In this document: positions 27,073 through 40,493 of the stretch, piece after piece | Numbering within the stretch: position 1 is the first letter of the stretch | Layout: each line of letters opens with the position of its first letter | From: Convolutriloba macropyga | Taxonomy: Eukaryota | Length of the DNA: 64,000 nucleotides | Assembly: GCF_964194025.1 (NCBI RefSeq) | Contig: NC_134479.1 | Coordinates: 12,896,001 to 12,960,000 of the forward strand | Direction of reading: 5' to 3' | The notes under the pieces: generated by a model | Databases searched by the model: none | Seen by the model: only the letters and a program-made list of their open reading frames with translations | What the model was told of the DNA's origin: nothing | Translations under genes and position numbers: made by a program

Positions 27073-27937
27073 CCCGGGTCGAATCTGAATGAAGAATTTG
27101 TAACAGCTTGCATGTTTTTGCAACTTCTTACAACGCGATTTATCGCCCCGCAAATTTTTCTCCCAATGACCTGCAAGTTCTTAAAATTTAACCATTCGTC
27201 TTACAAGTCTTTTGAAAAATAACTATTTGACTCACATGGCTCTTACAAGTTAGCCATTCGACTTAAATTATTAGTTCTTGTGTAATTTCTTAGAATATAT
27301 GTTGGTACAAAATAACAATTATGCCCATATTTTAGCAAAACACTTTAAAACCGTTCAACGTATGAATGAAAACAGATGTTTAAAAAATAGAATCTGGGAA
27401 AATATAAATCGATTTCATAATAATATTGATATAAAGAAAGAAAGGGTCATTAAATTACTTTGAGAAAAAGCTGACAAATAAATTTGAAACTTCAATCAGT
27501 GTTAAAAAGGGTAAAAAATATTAGGAAGATTTTTAAAAAGCAATAGTGAAGAAGATAATTGAGAACCACTATTTATTAATTGAAATGCAAAAGGACTTCT
27601 TGGGTTAATAGAAATGAAATATAGTATTTTTTCAAATAAAGTCGCTTTGTTATTTTGTTATCCAAACTGAGCAACAAGCTCGCACGCGTTTTCTACGACA
27701 ATTTACTGAAAAATGAACTCAGTTAACCAATAAGAGTTGAACTCAATCGCAACGAACTTGCGAGAAAGTTACAAGTTGGCCATTCAGCTTTCAAGTTCTT
27801 GCAGTTTAACCAATCGACTTGCACTTTCTTACAAGTTAACCATTTTTTGTAAGAAACGTGCAAACTCTTACAAGTTTACTATCTTTTTGCAAGAAAATTG
27901 GATTTGCCTACAAGTTAATCATTCGGTCTCGGCCAGA
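27073..27937. mobile_element. MITE with cttacaagtt arrays (partly duplicated at 29206-29917)
   Basis: TA|CCCGGGTCGA left end. Degenerate right end CTCGGCCAGA (CTCGACCAGA in the duplicate). Repeated acaagtt motifs near both ends. Confidence 0.55.
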
Positions 27938-28753
27938 TTAACTGTAAAACGTGGGCTGACAAAACCAATTTTGTTAACTTTGATTTCTCTGACGTTAGTC
28001 ACCTAATGTGTCATGCAAAGAATTTCTAATTCAATTCGTCAAAATTTTCTATGAGCACGGGGGAAGTAACAGTAAGTTCGATAAGATTTCTATGAAATCA
28101 ATTTGCCGTTATTAATTAATAAAGAAACATAGTTTGATCAATCATGTCTTCTTAGATTCAAATATGATCTATCCGTAAAAATCATATGAGAGCTTATTGG
28201 GGCAGCGGATCGAAGAAGTTTTGTTATCATTGTTTGTCAAAGCCTATTCAATGTTTAAATAGTATCATTTTATTGTGAGGTTATCAATTGTTCACCAACA
28301 ATATAAGCTTTGTTACTTTCGAGGAATGAAAAATTGCAGAACTGACAGTTTGAGTTTTTGCGAAATGATTTTATTAATCAAGATGTCACTCTTATTACCA
28401 AAAAATTTATTGGCCCATCAAAAAGTTTTCAAGCTGATAACGGTTCTTAATTAAGTTTTATTTCCAATGAGGCAATTAACTGACTTGAAAGTATGCTGTT
28501 AGAAAATCTCAATGATTCTTATGCAGCTCGAGACAAAAACAGTAGTTTTTGGTTGTTCGATTTTTTATTGAATATTTATATCACAAACAATCGATAGCTA
28601 CTCATGTGATTATAGTTTTCTTATAGAGCTGCACGTCCTCAACTCAGAATATAAATTGCTTCTAGTTTAGTACATAAATGATATTTTATATACAGCAAAA
28701 TAACAACAATCAAATTATTTTTTTCTTTGCTTTGATTGAAAAAATTTTAAAAT

Positions 28754-29132
28754 ATGGCAAACAGACCTGTGTGTGACAATTCAGCTAACACACAAAAACA
28801 GAGCGATTACATCGCACCATCATATCAGCAGAACTTAGAAGCCCGAGTTCCTGGAAAAGATTCGGCTGATAAATCCGAACCGGGCACTGAAATATTTTTG
28901 TATCAGTGGAAGCAAAATTTTGATATCCAGATGGTTATTCGTTGCTTTCATATCTTACTTTTTTATTTCGGTTGTGCTTTTGATTGCAATTGTTATTGTA
29001 TGCGCCGTTCACATTAACTCATTGGACTCCAAATAAATAAATTCTAACAATGATGTTGCAACTCTCAGACAAAGTTTTCGACAAACTCAAGAAGACTACT
29101 TATTGTCTCAGACTGCTACGACTTTGAACAAG
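28754..29132 (+). pseudogene. Paralog B exon 1 copy 3 (+1 T frameshift, TAA 29034-36)
   Basis: T5 instead of T4 before GTATC. The shifted frame reads CISGSKILISRWLFVAFISYFFISVVLLIAIVIVCAVHINSLDSK*INSNNDV...TTLNK. Confidence 0.85.
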
Positions 29133-30733
29133 GTTTGATTTTTAGTGATTTAAATTGATGAAATTTCAAATGCGAAACCAAAATTAGATGCTAAAAAATA
29201 CTCCATTTGACTCACATGGCTCTTACAAGTTAAGCATTCGACTTAAATTATTCGTTCTTGTGTAATTTCTTAGAATATATGTTGTTACAAAATAACAATT
29301 TTGCCCATATTTTAGCAGAAAACTTTAAAACCGTGCAACGTATGAATGAAAACGGATGTTTGAAAAATAGAATCTGGGAAAAAATAAATCGATTTCATAA
29401 AAATATTGATATAAAGAAAGAAAGGGTCATTAAATCACTTTGAGAAAAAGCTGACAGATAAATTTGAAACTTCAATCAGTGTTAAAAAGGGTAAAAAATA
29501 TTCGGAACATTTTTAAAAAGCAATATTGAAGAAGATAATTGAGAACCACTATTTATTTATTGAAATGCAAAAAGACTTATTGGGTTAATATAAATGAAAT
29601 ATAGTATTTTTTCAAATTAAGTCGCTTTGTTATTTTGTTATTCAAACTGAGCAACAAGCTCGCACGCCTTTTCTACGACAATATACTGAAAAATGAACTT
29701 AGTTAACCAATAAGAGTTGAACTCAATCGCAACGAACTTGCGAGAAAGTTACAAGTTGGCCATTCGGCTATCAATTTCCTGCAGTTTAACCAATCGACTT
29801 GCACTTTCTTACAAGTTAACCGTTTTTTGTAAGAAACGTGCAAACTCTTACAAGTTTACTATATTTTTGCAAGGAAATTGGAATTGCATACAAGTTAATC
29901 ATTCAGTCTCGACCAGATTAATTGTAAAACGTGGGCTGACAAAACCAATTTTGTTAAATTTGATTTCTCTGACGTTAGTCACCTAACGTGTCATGCAGAG
30001 AAATTCTGATTCAATTCGTAAAAATTTTCTACGAGCACGGGGGAAGTAACAGTAAGTTCGATAAGATTTCTATGAAATCAATTTGCCGTTATTAATCAAT
30101 AAAGAAACATAGTTTGATCAATCGTGTCTTCTTAGATCCAAATATGATCTATCCGTAAAAATTATATGAGAGCTTATTGGGGCAGTGGATCGAAGAAAAT
30201 TTGTTATCATTGTTTGTCAAAGCCTATTCAATGTTTAAATAGTATCATTTTTTTGTGAGGTTATCAATCGTTAACCAACAATATAAGCTTTGTTACTTTC
30301 GAGGAATGAGAAATTGCAGAACTGACAGTTTGAATTTTTGCGAAATGATTTTTTTAATCAAGATGTCACTCTTATTACCAAAAAAATTTTTGGCCCATCA
30401 AAAAATTTTCAAGCTGATAACGGTTCTGAATTAAGTTTTCTTTCCAATGAGGCAATTAACTGACTTGAAAGTATGCTGTTAGAAAATCTCAATGATTCTT
30501 ATGCAGCTCGAGACAAAAACAGTAGTTTTTGGTTGTTCGATTTTTTATTGAATATTTATATCACAAACAATCGATAGCTACTCATGTGATTATAGTTTTC
30601 TTATAGAGCTGCACGTCCTCAACTCAAAATATAAATTGCTTCTAGTTTAGTACATAAATGTTATTTTATATACAGCAAAATAACAACAATCATATTATTT
30701 TTTTCTTTGCTTTGATTGAAAAGATTTTAAAAT

Positions 30734-31112
30734 ATGGCAAACAGACCTGTGAGTGACAATTCAGCTAACACACAAAAACACAGTGATTACATTGCACCAT
30801 CATATCAGCAGAACTTAGAAACCCGAGTTCCTGGAAAAGATTCGGCTGATAAATCCGAACCGGGTACTGAAACATTTTTGTATCAGTGGAAGCAAAATTT
30901 TGATATCCAGATGGTTATTCGTTGCTTTCATATCTTACTTTTTTATTTCGGTTGTGCTTTTGATTGCAATTGTTATTGTATGCGCCGTTCACATTAACTC
31001 ATTGGACTCCAAATAAATAAATTCTAACAATGATGTTGCAACTCTCAGACAAAGTTTTCGACAAACTCAAGAAGACTACTTATTGTCTCAGACTGCTACG
31101 ACTTTGAACAAG
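30734..31112 (+). pseudogene. Paralog B exon 1 copy 4, nearest exon 2 (+1 T at 30875-79, TAA 31014-16)
   Basis: 379 nt = 126 codons + 1. The corrected translation aligns with 45590-45934 across the TM and coil. Phase-0 donor AAG|GTTTGA. Confidence 0.85.
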
Positions 31113-33379
31113 GTTTGATTTATAGTGATTTAAATTGATGGAATTTCAATTGCGAAATCAAAATTAGATGCTAAAAAATTACTCCACTTTCCATATATAA
31201 ATTCACAATTTACATAGCACCGTAATCGCTCATGCCTAGTTTTTGTTCCCACATTTTTGAAAAACAAATGAGAGAATTTTATGCCAACCGCACTTTTATC
31301 GGACAAAATTTAGATTTTTTTGGGTACATCCCATACCACAACATGTGGTATCATGTGGTACTCCTACGTGTAGAATATCACAAATTAAATTATCAATAAT
31401 GTTGTTTTTTCTGGAAAAAGCTTTGGCACCACTTCTGGTGCAGAATTTAAGTACTCTTTATACAAATCGCCTCTTTTTTTCTACAACTGTTTTCTTTTTT
31501 AATCAATTTAGATGAGTGGCAGTTTTTACTGTATTTAAGAAAACAAATAATCAAAATTTGATTTTCTGTCCAACGCTTTAACTATCTGATATAATTACAA
31601 AAACGCAAAAAATTGAGAAAATTGAGACAATGTTTAAGCTTTTATTTAGCAAATTTAACGAAACCGAAATTTAAAAACAAAACAAAACGTAATTTAGAAA
31701 GAGAAAAAAATTGAATCCACAGCAACCAAAAAGAAATTGTTTACCTTCAGCAGCTTTTTCATCCTTGAGATTTAAAATAATAATTTCCAAATTTCCTCAG
31801 TATGATTTTACTCAAGTTTGACTCCTACTCAATCATTAAAATAATTTTAGAAAATGCCATGAACAACTTGATCTCGTTAGAAGGCCATTAATAAATTCAA
31901 AATGAAAAATTTCATAAATTTTAATTTATATTTGAGCGTCAAATGTTTTGACACTTCTGTTCTTATCTTTCTGTTATATATGAGGAAATGTTGTCGCTCA
32001 CTCCACGCATCATATGCATGAAAAATGAGCACCTACAAGGCCTCAAAAACTACTTAGAAAATAAGAGGAACAACAAAAGTCCGCTAGAATGCTTGATCAC
32101 ATATAGTTTTTGACTGTTGTTTTCACGTTTTTGCTTTCGCGACTCCGACTTTCAAAAAGGAAAAACAAAGCCAACATTTTGAAGAGTTTCTGTTGCTTGT
32201 TCATATTGTCAACGTTTGGTTCGGTAAATATTACAAGGTTTTTGGATGAATTCTTTTAACTATCATTAGGATAAGATTTAACTGTGAAGTGCAATTATCC
32301 GGTCTCTCTCTCTCTCTCTCTATCTCACTTTCCTCATTTTTTTTAAATTTATTACTTTTTTAAAAATTTTTTTAACCAAAACAATTCAATTTTCAGAAGA
32401 TGCAAAGCTTCGGGGCGTAGATGTTGTTCAGTTGATCTATAGACAACATAGTTCATCGCATTTGAGCAACAGTTTTGTTGTATAACTTCTGTTTCCTCCT
32501 TTTCGTATTTTACTAACTGTACTAACGACTGTTTTAACGAATTTTCTATTTCTTTCTATTTTTAATCCAATTTTCTGTTTCTTCCTCTATTCTTATTCCA
32601 ATAGCTACTCCCGGTTGTTGTTGTACGCTTTAAGATTGACTTGTGATGTTCTGTGTCATTTAAATTGATTCGGTGCTCACCATAAATATTAAACGACTTT
32701 AAAATCACCGTTGTCGCGTTTCAATTTTTTTCATGGGATCTTTTTCACTTAAACATGATTTATTATTCTTCTCAATCTACCTAATTTAAACTGAAATCAA
32801 CCGAATGCAGCAAATTCCAGGATGTGGTTTTCAGTCACAGTTAACAAAATCCAGAAAAAAATTGCTTATATAATTTCTTCAAGTGTAAAATAATCCAACA
32901 ATCTCATGACTCAAAAAGAATGATATTGGAGCATCCGGCCAACAAAAATGCAATTTGAGAAATTTAAATTTGCAGTTTCAGTTTTTTTATTCTGTTAATC
33001 ATTATCAAGAGAAAACACGAAATATTACTTCTTTTAAAAAAACTGAATTTTCACGCACTAATTTTTTGTTATTCTTCTCAATTAAGTTTCAATGCCTATG
33101 AAAAAATTTAATTTGTTTAAGAGCTTTAGTTGCTAAAAGGGAGTCAAGTCAATCTGTCTTCTATAAATTTGGACTAAACTTTATCTCATAAGTAATTGAT
33201 ACTTCGTGTTCCTTATTCGTGTCATAATACTTAAATCTGCCTCAATAGGTCGTCCCTGTGTTCTATGTTATGAAAAAAAATTAAAGAATTTGTTGTTGCT
33301 TTCATAATTATGCTGTTTTGATTTAATAATTAGACGCTAAATTCATTCCTTAAAGAAAGGTTAAAACTTCTATTGCCTC

Positions 33380-34105
33380 CCCGTACTGAGCCTCCAGAGA
33401 CCATCAGGCCTGATTCAGAAAAAAATCAGACAAGGTCCCAGGCCTGATTCAGAGTCTGATCATGTCAAATACAAGGCTGCTAAGAGAACACTCCAGAGTC
33501 GATCTCTGAGGTTTCTATTGACAGAGAAAAATCAAGACTTGGGGACTTAGGATCTATTTTTTAGGACATCTTTTTCTTGATTTTTCTAGGACTTTTTCTT
33601 GATTTTTTTAGACTTTTTTAGATCCTAAAAATAAGCATGGGTCCTATTTTGAAACAAATACTCAGTTGTTACTTTTATCATGGGGATATTTCGTATATCA
33701 GTGAACGTGAAGAGAAGAAACCGATTCTAAGACTTGGCAGAGAAACCCAAGACTTGGATTTTCTCTGCCCAGAGAGGCCCCAAGTCTTGGGGTGAAGTTC
33801 ACAAATTTCACCTGCAAATGGTTTTTTTTGACAGAAAACGTATAATTGGGCACCAAATTTATAAAAAAAGTTGCCCTCATTAAATAAAAACTCCGGATCC
33901 TCATGATGTCAACCTTAACTCTGCTCAGAGAAACCCAAGACTTGGGGTCTGCGCTGCCCAGAAAAACCCAAGTCTTGGCCTCTCTCTGCCCAGAGATGTC
34001 TCAAGTCTTGGCTTCGCTACCCAAGTCTTGGCATCTCTCTGCCAAGACTTGGCCTCTGGAAAATCTCTGAATCAGGCCTGATGGGCTCTGGGGGTTCGGT
34101 ACGGG
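33380..34105. mobile_element. MITE with ~40-bp TIRs and ccaagacttgg/ccaagtcttgg arrays
   Basis: cccgtactgagcctccagagaccatcaggcctgattcaga ... tctgaatcaggcctgatgggctctgggggttcggtacggg. Confidence 0.85.
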
Positions 34106-36116
34106 TCGTTAATCAAGTTTTATTTTTTTATTGTCAAGATGAAACATGAAGACATTAGACCCTCCATACAACTTTTAAAACAGAGCCAATTTTTCTAGGG
34201 CGTCCTTACTACAAAAGACTTCCGCTGAAAAGCACACAACTTTTTATTCTTAAAGTTCAATTGGGAGACAATCAATTTGACTTGAATTTTGTAAGCATTC
34301 ACAAAGACACTTATGACACTTATGAACAGAGACCGGATGAACCAATGAGAAAAATTTTGACTGAAATCTGGCCCCCACTCTATGCTGTCGTAGTAACCTT
34401 CAATTAAACCACTGCGCCATTGATTCTTGAAATTCTTCCAAACTATTTTGTTTATACAATAATAATCGGTTTTATTTAAAAAATGCACTAAAATGCGTCG
34501 AAATCCGCTCAATTCATGGCAGAATTGCGAGAAAATTTTGCACTTTTATCAAATATTTCATCGCATTTGAGCGTTCTCTGGTGCATGGTCCCCCAATTGT
34601 TGCGTTGTAAACTTAAGATCAAAATAAATGGTCATGAACTCAGCACTTAGAGCTAAAAAGCGTTGAAATGCACTGAAGTTGTAATAAAGGCGCAGAGTTT
34701 TTATAGCATTTCTTTCAGAAACTCTGCCCTATTCAGTTACATATATTGTAAGATTTTGGGCTCAGTTTTCATAAAAAGCAATCAGCGAATTCTGCACATT
34801 CAACGATTTCAGCGGCTTCGGCGCATTTCCTACATAATTTAATCGCATCCAGGATTTTTTAATGCACCCAACTGGCGCTGACATCGCAATTCAGGTTTTC
34901 CGTCACATAACCAGCTGGTAGATATCAAAGAATCTGCAGCGTAAATCTAATTTACGCTGAATTAGAGCAGTCAGCAGAAAAAAAAGTTAATTAGGAAACA
35001 TTTATTAATACATAAAGTGGATTTGTTTAAATTATTGGGTTTGAACTAGCTGTTAATGCATCCCTTTTTTACCAAAAGTTTTTCTTTTCTCGTTTTTGGT
35101 TCACAAACAGAAATCTTAGGGTTCTTGTACTCAGTTAGGTAAACTTTACCAGGAGAGGCTCGATCAATTAAAAAAACTTTGTTAACTTTATATTATTAGA
35201 GCTGTTAAATTGTAACAGCTGCCCAAATACGTCGCTGAGATAACGCTATGCTCTCTATGTTTTTCCCTGTTTTTACCTAAAACAAAAAATTTTATGTCTC
35301 CTTCTTAATTTCCCAACACTTTCCCAAGCGCACTTTGAGCATTTTAATTGTTATTATGGCAGATGCTTTCCGTGTTTTGCTCAAACCAATAATCAACAGA
35401 GTCAGCGGAGCTTTTCTGTTAAATTCCTTTAAGCTTTCGTTTTAATCAAAATTTTTGATTTACTAGTTATAGTATTAAAGCCAAAATCCATTCACATAAA
35501 GACAAGAGAAACAATTTTTCATTCATCACCCGATTAGTCGAATTTAAAATGAAACAAAATATATTCTTACGTAGTCTAAGCTTAATGTCAAAATTGCAAT
35601 TGTTTATAAAAGAATTTGTAAACTTTGTAAAATATTGCATTATTTTCGCAAATATTTGCAAACAGGTCTGAATATTTTTATCCCTTATCGTTAGAAGTTG
35701 GCCTTGTAGTGTTGTTTGACCTCACATATCGTTTAGAAGTTGAATTAAGCAATCTCGGAGAAATGGTTGGGAAAATGACACATATTGCTTAACTGAGCAG
35801 AACTTGATCGGAAAGAACTCTTGCAATAGTTTTCAAATGTTTGCAAACACAACACTATATTGCAAAATTTTGCCAGTTTGACTTTGTGAAGAGATAATAT
35901 TTGCAAAAATTTACAATTTTGGCATTATCGAGCAAAAATTTAGTTCAAAAACTTGTCACTAGTTTTGAACTAGGGTTTAACAGGTTCTTCTCACACCCAT
36001 TAGTATTCAAAATCACTTCTGGTTCTCAAGTAATTTATTTCAGTGAATAACGTACAAAACAACATAAAAAAAACTCATTTTGCTTCCAATTTGTAATGTC
36101 AAAAACTTTGTTTCAG

Positions 36117-36389
36117 TTGAACGAGACTTCATTTAAACTCGACATATTCAATAATTCAATCTCAAGCCTTGAAGGTGACGTAGATTACTACACTGACGAG
36201 TTGATGAAGGCTGTGAACAGAACAGATCACCTGGACAGCGAGTTGATCTGGCTCAGTTTTGATTTAGACACTACATACCTAAGAGTTTCTTCAAACGCTG
36301 ATTCAATTGCCGAACTTTACATCAAAGAAATTGTTCTAAAAAGCCGCGTAGCGACTGCAGAATACCGTATATTAGCCTTGGGTGGCTGA
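36117..36389 (+). CDS. Paralog B exon 2 (90-aa coiled coil ending RILALGG*); open, but all its exon 1 copies are disabled
   Basis: tttcAG acceptor at 36115-16, phase 0. It is 273 nt, exactly like 48569-48841, and 18 of the last 29 residues are identical. Confidence 0.8.
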   Translation: MNETSFKLDIFNNSISSLEGDVDYYTDELMKAVNRTDHLDSELIWLSFDLDTTYLRVSSNADSIAELYIKEIVLKSRVATAEYRILALGG

Positions 36390-36719
36390 GACGGAGACTT
36401 ATGTCCCTCGTAACTTATTAACTCTAGAACTTTCCCAGACAATTACTTTCAAGAAATCTGTATTCGCTTGGCACAACCAAAACAAAAAGCACGGCTCACA
36501 CAACAATTGTCACACTCTAAGACAATAGTTGCTGCATTGAAAAATAATGAAAAGTAGTCAGCTTTTTGTTTAAAATTGTTATTTTTCGTCAATGCGTTTG
36601 TTACCAATGCTTATATTCCTTTGCATGTAGGAAAAGCGAATTGTCTATTGCATTTTGTAATGGTGAACCCAGATGTGGATCTCAGCTGATTAAACTGACC
36701 TATTGGTTGTTTTTCCTAA

Positions 36720-38420
36720 TCAATGTCTAGACAAATTTACCTGCAACGTTTGCAGGCCAGCAAAAAAGCAGGTAGCGTTATCTGCAAAGTTACCTGCAAT
36801 AAAATGATACGTGCAATTTACCTAGAATACATTACTCGAAATTACCTGCAGAATCAAGACAATAAATTATCTTAGGTATGTGTACTCTGATGTGAGAAAA
36901 TTTTTAAACACTTCGGTTAAATTGTAGGTCATTTTGCTCAATGGCTGATCAGAATATTTCAAACTAAGTCCGAGCAGCGAAAAAGAAAACGTTGGCAGAA
37001 GTTATTATTCGCTGCCAGCTACGGTATAGTTGCAGTTCGTAAAAAGTTTTTGACATGTTATCCTAATTTTTTATTTTTGTTTGCAGTAACAAAATTGCTG
37101 AAACCCATTAAAAAAGGCAGGAAAATGATGCAGGAAACTTTGACAACAGAACATATATTATCCTAGGCATTTTAATTTCAGCTTCAAAAAATTTTGCGGT
37201 CATAGAAAGCTGTCAAATGTCTTGATAACGACTTAACTCTATTTGCAGCAGCTTTTAGTAGCCAGAGGTAAGCTGTCAGGTTAATTGAAAGGCAATCTTT
37301 GTTTGTTCTATGTCGAAAGACTAATTTTATATGTTTTATGTCGGAAACGTAGTTCAAATCATTATAAATTACATTACTCTAAAATACTAACTATAAGCAG
37401 AACAACGAAAACTGGAAGCTCTAATAATCAGACAAACAATTTCCATGAAACTGCGAGGGAGAGCAAAATAATGCAATCTTCTTGGCAAAACTTTGTCGAA
37501 TCAGAAACTTGTTTTAAGGGTAATTCAAACCATTCAGGAAAAAATTTATCCGATAGTGCGTTAAATAAGGTTATCATGTCACGCGAACAGAAGTCAAAAT
37601 GTATTTAAAGCTCTCCATGATCAAATTGAAGGTTTAAAAAACAATGAAACAACAAAAAATGTTGAAGGAGGAAGTCAGCCGGACTACATTATCAAACAAA
37701 TTCCATTGTAATCAGTAAATGGAAACGAGCATGGTGCCGAGCCAATGTTGATTAGTTTTAGTGTTGATCCCGTGATTTTATCACTGTGTTTATTTGGTTA
37801 AATAGCTATTTTCCGCAGAAGGAAGAGTGGGAAAGTGATTTAGAACATTTTTAACTCACAGTAAATACTTTACCCTGTGTTTTTTTTGCAGTTCTAAAAA
37901 CGACCATTCAGAAAAAAAAATTCCTAAGATGCAGGTAAAACTCCATGCAAATTTTAATACAATCGACTTAGAGTTTTCAGGTAAAGATGCCTAGAACCCT
38001 TCTTGCAAAATAAAATCAGTTGAATTTAACTGCAGAAAATATGCGCGAATTGCTGGTAAATATACCGAGAAAATTTTTGCAGGTAAATGCCTAGGTGTTT
38101 TCTTCTGCAATTTCTTTGTAGATTGTTATTAAAATTCTAGATTTTTACCGTCGACTATAAAGTTTTTTGTATATTTAGCTGCACTTTGCGGTTGTATTTT
38201 ATAGGTAAACTTACTCACAATCATTTTTTGCAGGTAAGAATCTAGGTTGGTAAAATTTCAAATTCTAGGTACCTTTTCGTTAATTTTACCACGAATTTCA
38301 TGGAATATATTGTATTTACAGCTAGATTCTAGACGAGTTGAACTAGAGAGCAGTCTACTTGCAAAATTTTTGTAAACTTACCTAAAATTCATTGTCAATT
38401 TTGCTGCAATTTTTTTATAG
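36720..38420. repeat. Degenerate foldback-like repeat with ttacctgca (left) and tgcaggtaa (right) motif clusters
   Basis: Motif clusters at ~36735-36850 and ~37930-38390, mostly in opposite orientation. Termini not resolved. Confidence 0.45.
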
Positions 38421-40071
38421 AGTTTTGTTTATCAGATTCTGCCGTTCCTTTATTCAGTGCAAGTAAATTATCAAGTGAAAATTATTGGTTTTTACTTTCA
38501 ATTTCTCAGGCTACGAAAAGTTTCTCTTCAACTCAGTTTCAATGGAACTTCAACTCAGTTCTTGCCAAATTTTGCGCATTTTCAGTATATTTAATACATT
38601 TTTTAAATACATTTTTTAAATACCTTTTTCAATATCTTTCTTTCGGACTTTCGGTACTTCCATTCATGCCTCTCAAATATTTAGCTTATTTCAGCGCATT
38701 TGTTACAAAATGTTTTTTTTATATAAAAAATATCGTTGACAAAAAGGCGACAATAAATTGCACAGATGATTGGATGACAACTAACAAATATTAGAGAATG
38801 GATCGAGACTGAGGCAACACAAAAAGAGCATGACAATGAGCTCAAATTTTTGAAATTCAGCTGATTTCAGCGCATTTCACACAAAAAATCACCAGATTTC
38901 AGCAAATTCCAGTGCATTTTTACGCAAGGTTTTTGCGTTGAAATTAGGCGAATTTCTTGCAAATTTTTCAGAAAATGTCGCGATCCGTGCACCGGTTTTC
39001 CTCCCGGTGTACGGTGTAGAAAGAACATTGATCGTTCCCACAGCGCTCGCTTCCAAATTACGGTACTTCATAACACTTATTAGCATCAAATGGTAGTTAT
39101 TATTTCCGGTTAGTGTTTATCATTTTGGCACAAGAAAAATCAGATACTACTCGTCGAGACTCACTCTTGATTGTATGGAGCCCGTGGTTTATTGGACTTT
39201 ATAAAATCGGCCTCCGAACACACAGGGTTGTTCCATTTGCAACGCCAAAGTAGACAGGGAAACCATAGAAACTGGATGTGGCAAAAAGAGTTCAAGATCT
39301 TACACAACAAGAGCAAGTTGGCGATAAAAGAAAAAGAAACAATACAGCAGCCCTGATAACTATAAGCCAGAAACGTTACACTAACATTTTTGGCTATGAA
39401 AGTATTTTTCAGATTCAGCCAGAACGGCTCAACCTCTAACAGAATTTTGAACAGTTTTCATTCTTAACTTTTATCAATAACTGCTCCAATGAGAGAGCAG
39501 CCATAGGCCTAGTGAATTTTGATAACTGACCGCCATTAATCCCCACAAAAATAACTTTAGATAGGATTAAACACCGACTGGGCAAACGGTGTGTATAACA
39601 TTAAATAACCCCAGATATAATAATATGTCTCTTAATGCTAAGTGCACAGTTTTGAAAATGATAGGTGAATTTTAATGCAATATGAAAGTATATTTTCAAA
39701 GAATTTAAACCAATTTTTGGAAAGCCGTTCTATGAGGGGGAAAATTGCTGCTTAGTGTGTGCATTAGGGGTCTAGTCTCATCGTTAGCCACTGATTTGTT
39801 TCCTCACCCCTCAATCTTTGTTTTTCAATGGCTCTCTGGTTGTATTATTCAATTTTCTTCTGTTAACGAATTAATATTTATAGTCTGCTGTTAACGAATT
39901 AATATTTATATTCGGCTGATTGGTTCTTTGGGTCGGGATGTGTGACCTAGTTAACACACACCCCTAGGGTGTGACTTAGTTAACTCACGGGTTGTAGCTG
40001 GTAGGATCCTTGATTGATCCTACATTCTCAGTGATCTATTTCATTTCTCTCAATTAAACTATTGTAAAATT

Positions 40072-40493
40072 GGTGGCGGTCAAGCAAGCCGATAGGCAAG
40101 CAAGCCGAATTTTGAAAATGAGGTCAAGTAAGCCGAAAAATTCTCGGATACCCGTATTTTAAGTTGCCCCTGGCGGGCCGGTGGGCGCGCTTCGCCTTCG
40201 CCGCGATAACCGGCCCGCTATTTCCGGATTACATCCCACAGCGGATGAGAGGCATGGCCATGGACAGCGGTCTGCTGAGGCCCGTACCCACTAGATGTCT
40301 AAAAGTTGACGCATTTTTGTTTCTTTGGTGCATTGGAATACATTATGCACTATAAAACTACGCGCAGTATTGATTGTAACGGCTGACAATGTATTATTTC
40401 TGATAGATTACATAACTATTACATAACTATTACATAACTATCGGCTTGCTTTTCTGTCGGCTTGCTTGCCTATCGGCTTACTTTGCGTTCGCC
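40072..40493. mobile_element. Non-autonomous Mutator-like (MULE) element
   Basis: Perfect 9-bp flanking direct repeat TGTAAAATT (40063-71, 40494-502). GG...CC termini. Subterminal inverted aagcaagccga/tcggcttgctt arrays. Confidence 0.75.

Larger units (their letters stand above)
27226..31186 (+). repeat. Tandem segmental duplication, two ~1980-bp units (27226-29205, 29206-31186)
   Basis: atttgactcacatggc at 27226 and 29206. The ORF pairs 27278/29258, 27737/29717 and 28754/30734 are all offset by 1980. Scattered substitutions separate the units. Confidence 0.95.

Noticed and set aside
31014-31016. TAA reassignment (alternative genetic code) as the explanation for the shared in-frame stop
   Set aside because: TAA terminates the channel gene (14575-77) and the BEL pol (57837-39), and every copy also carries a frameshift.
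36340-36389. AEYRILALGG / AENRITLLGG resembles the Dps/bacterioferritin AERI..LGG motif
   Set aside because: It is the extreme C-terminus of a continuous heptad coil behind a TM helix. No four-helix bundle or ferroxidase ligands follow.
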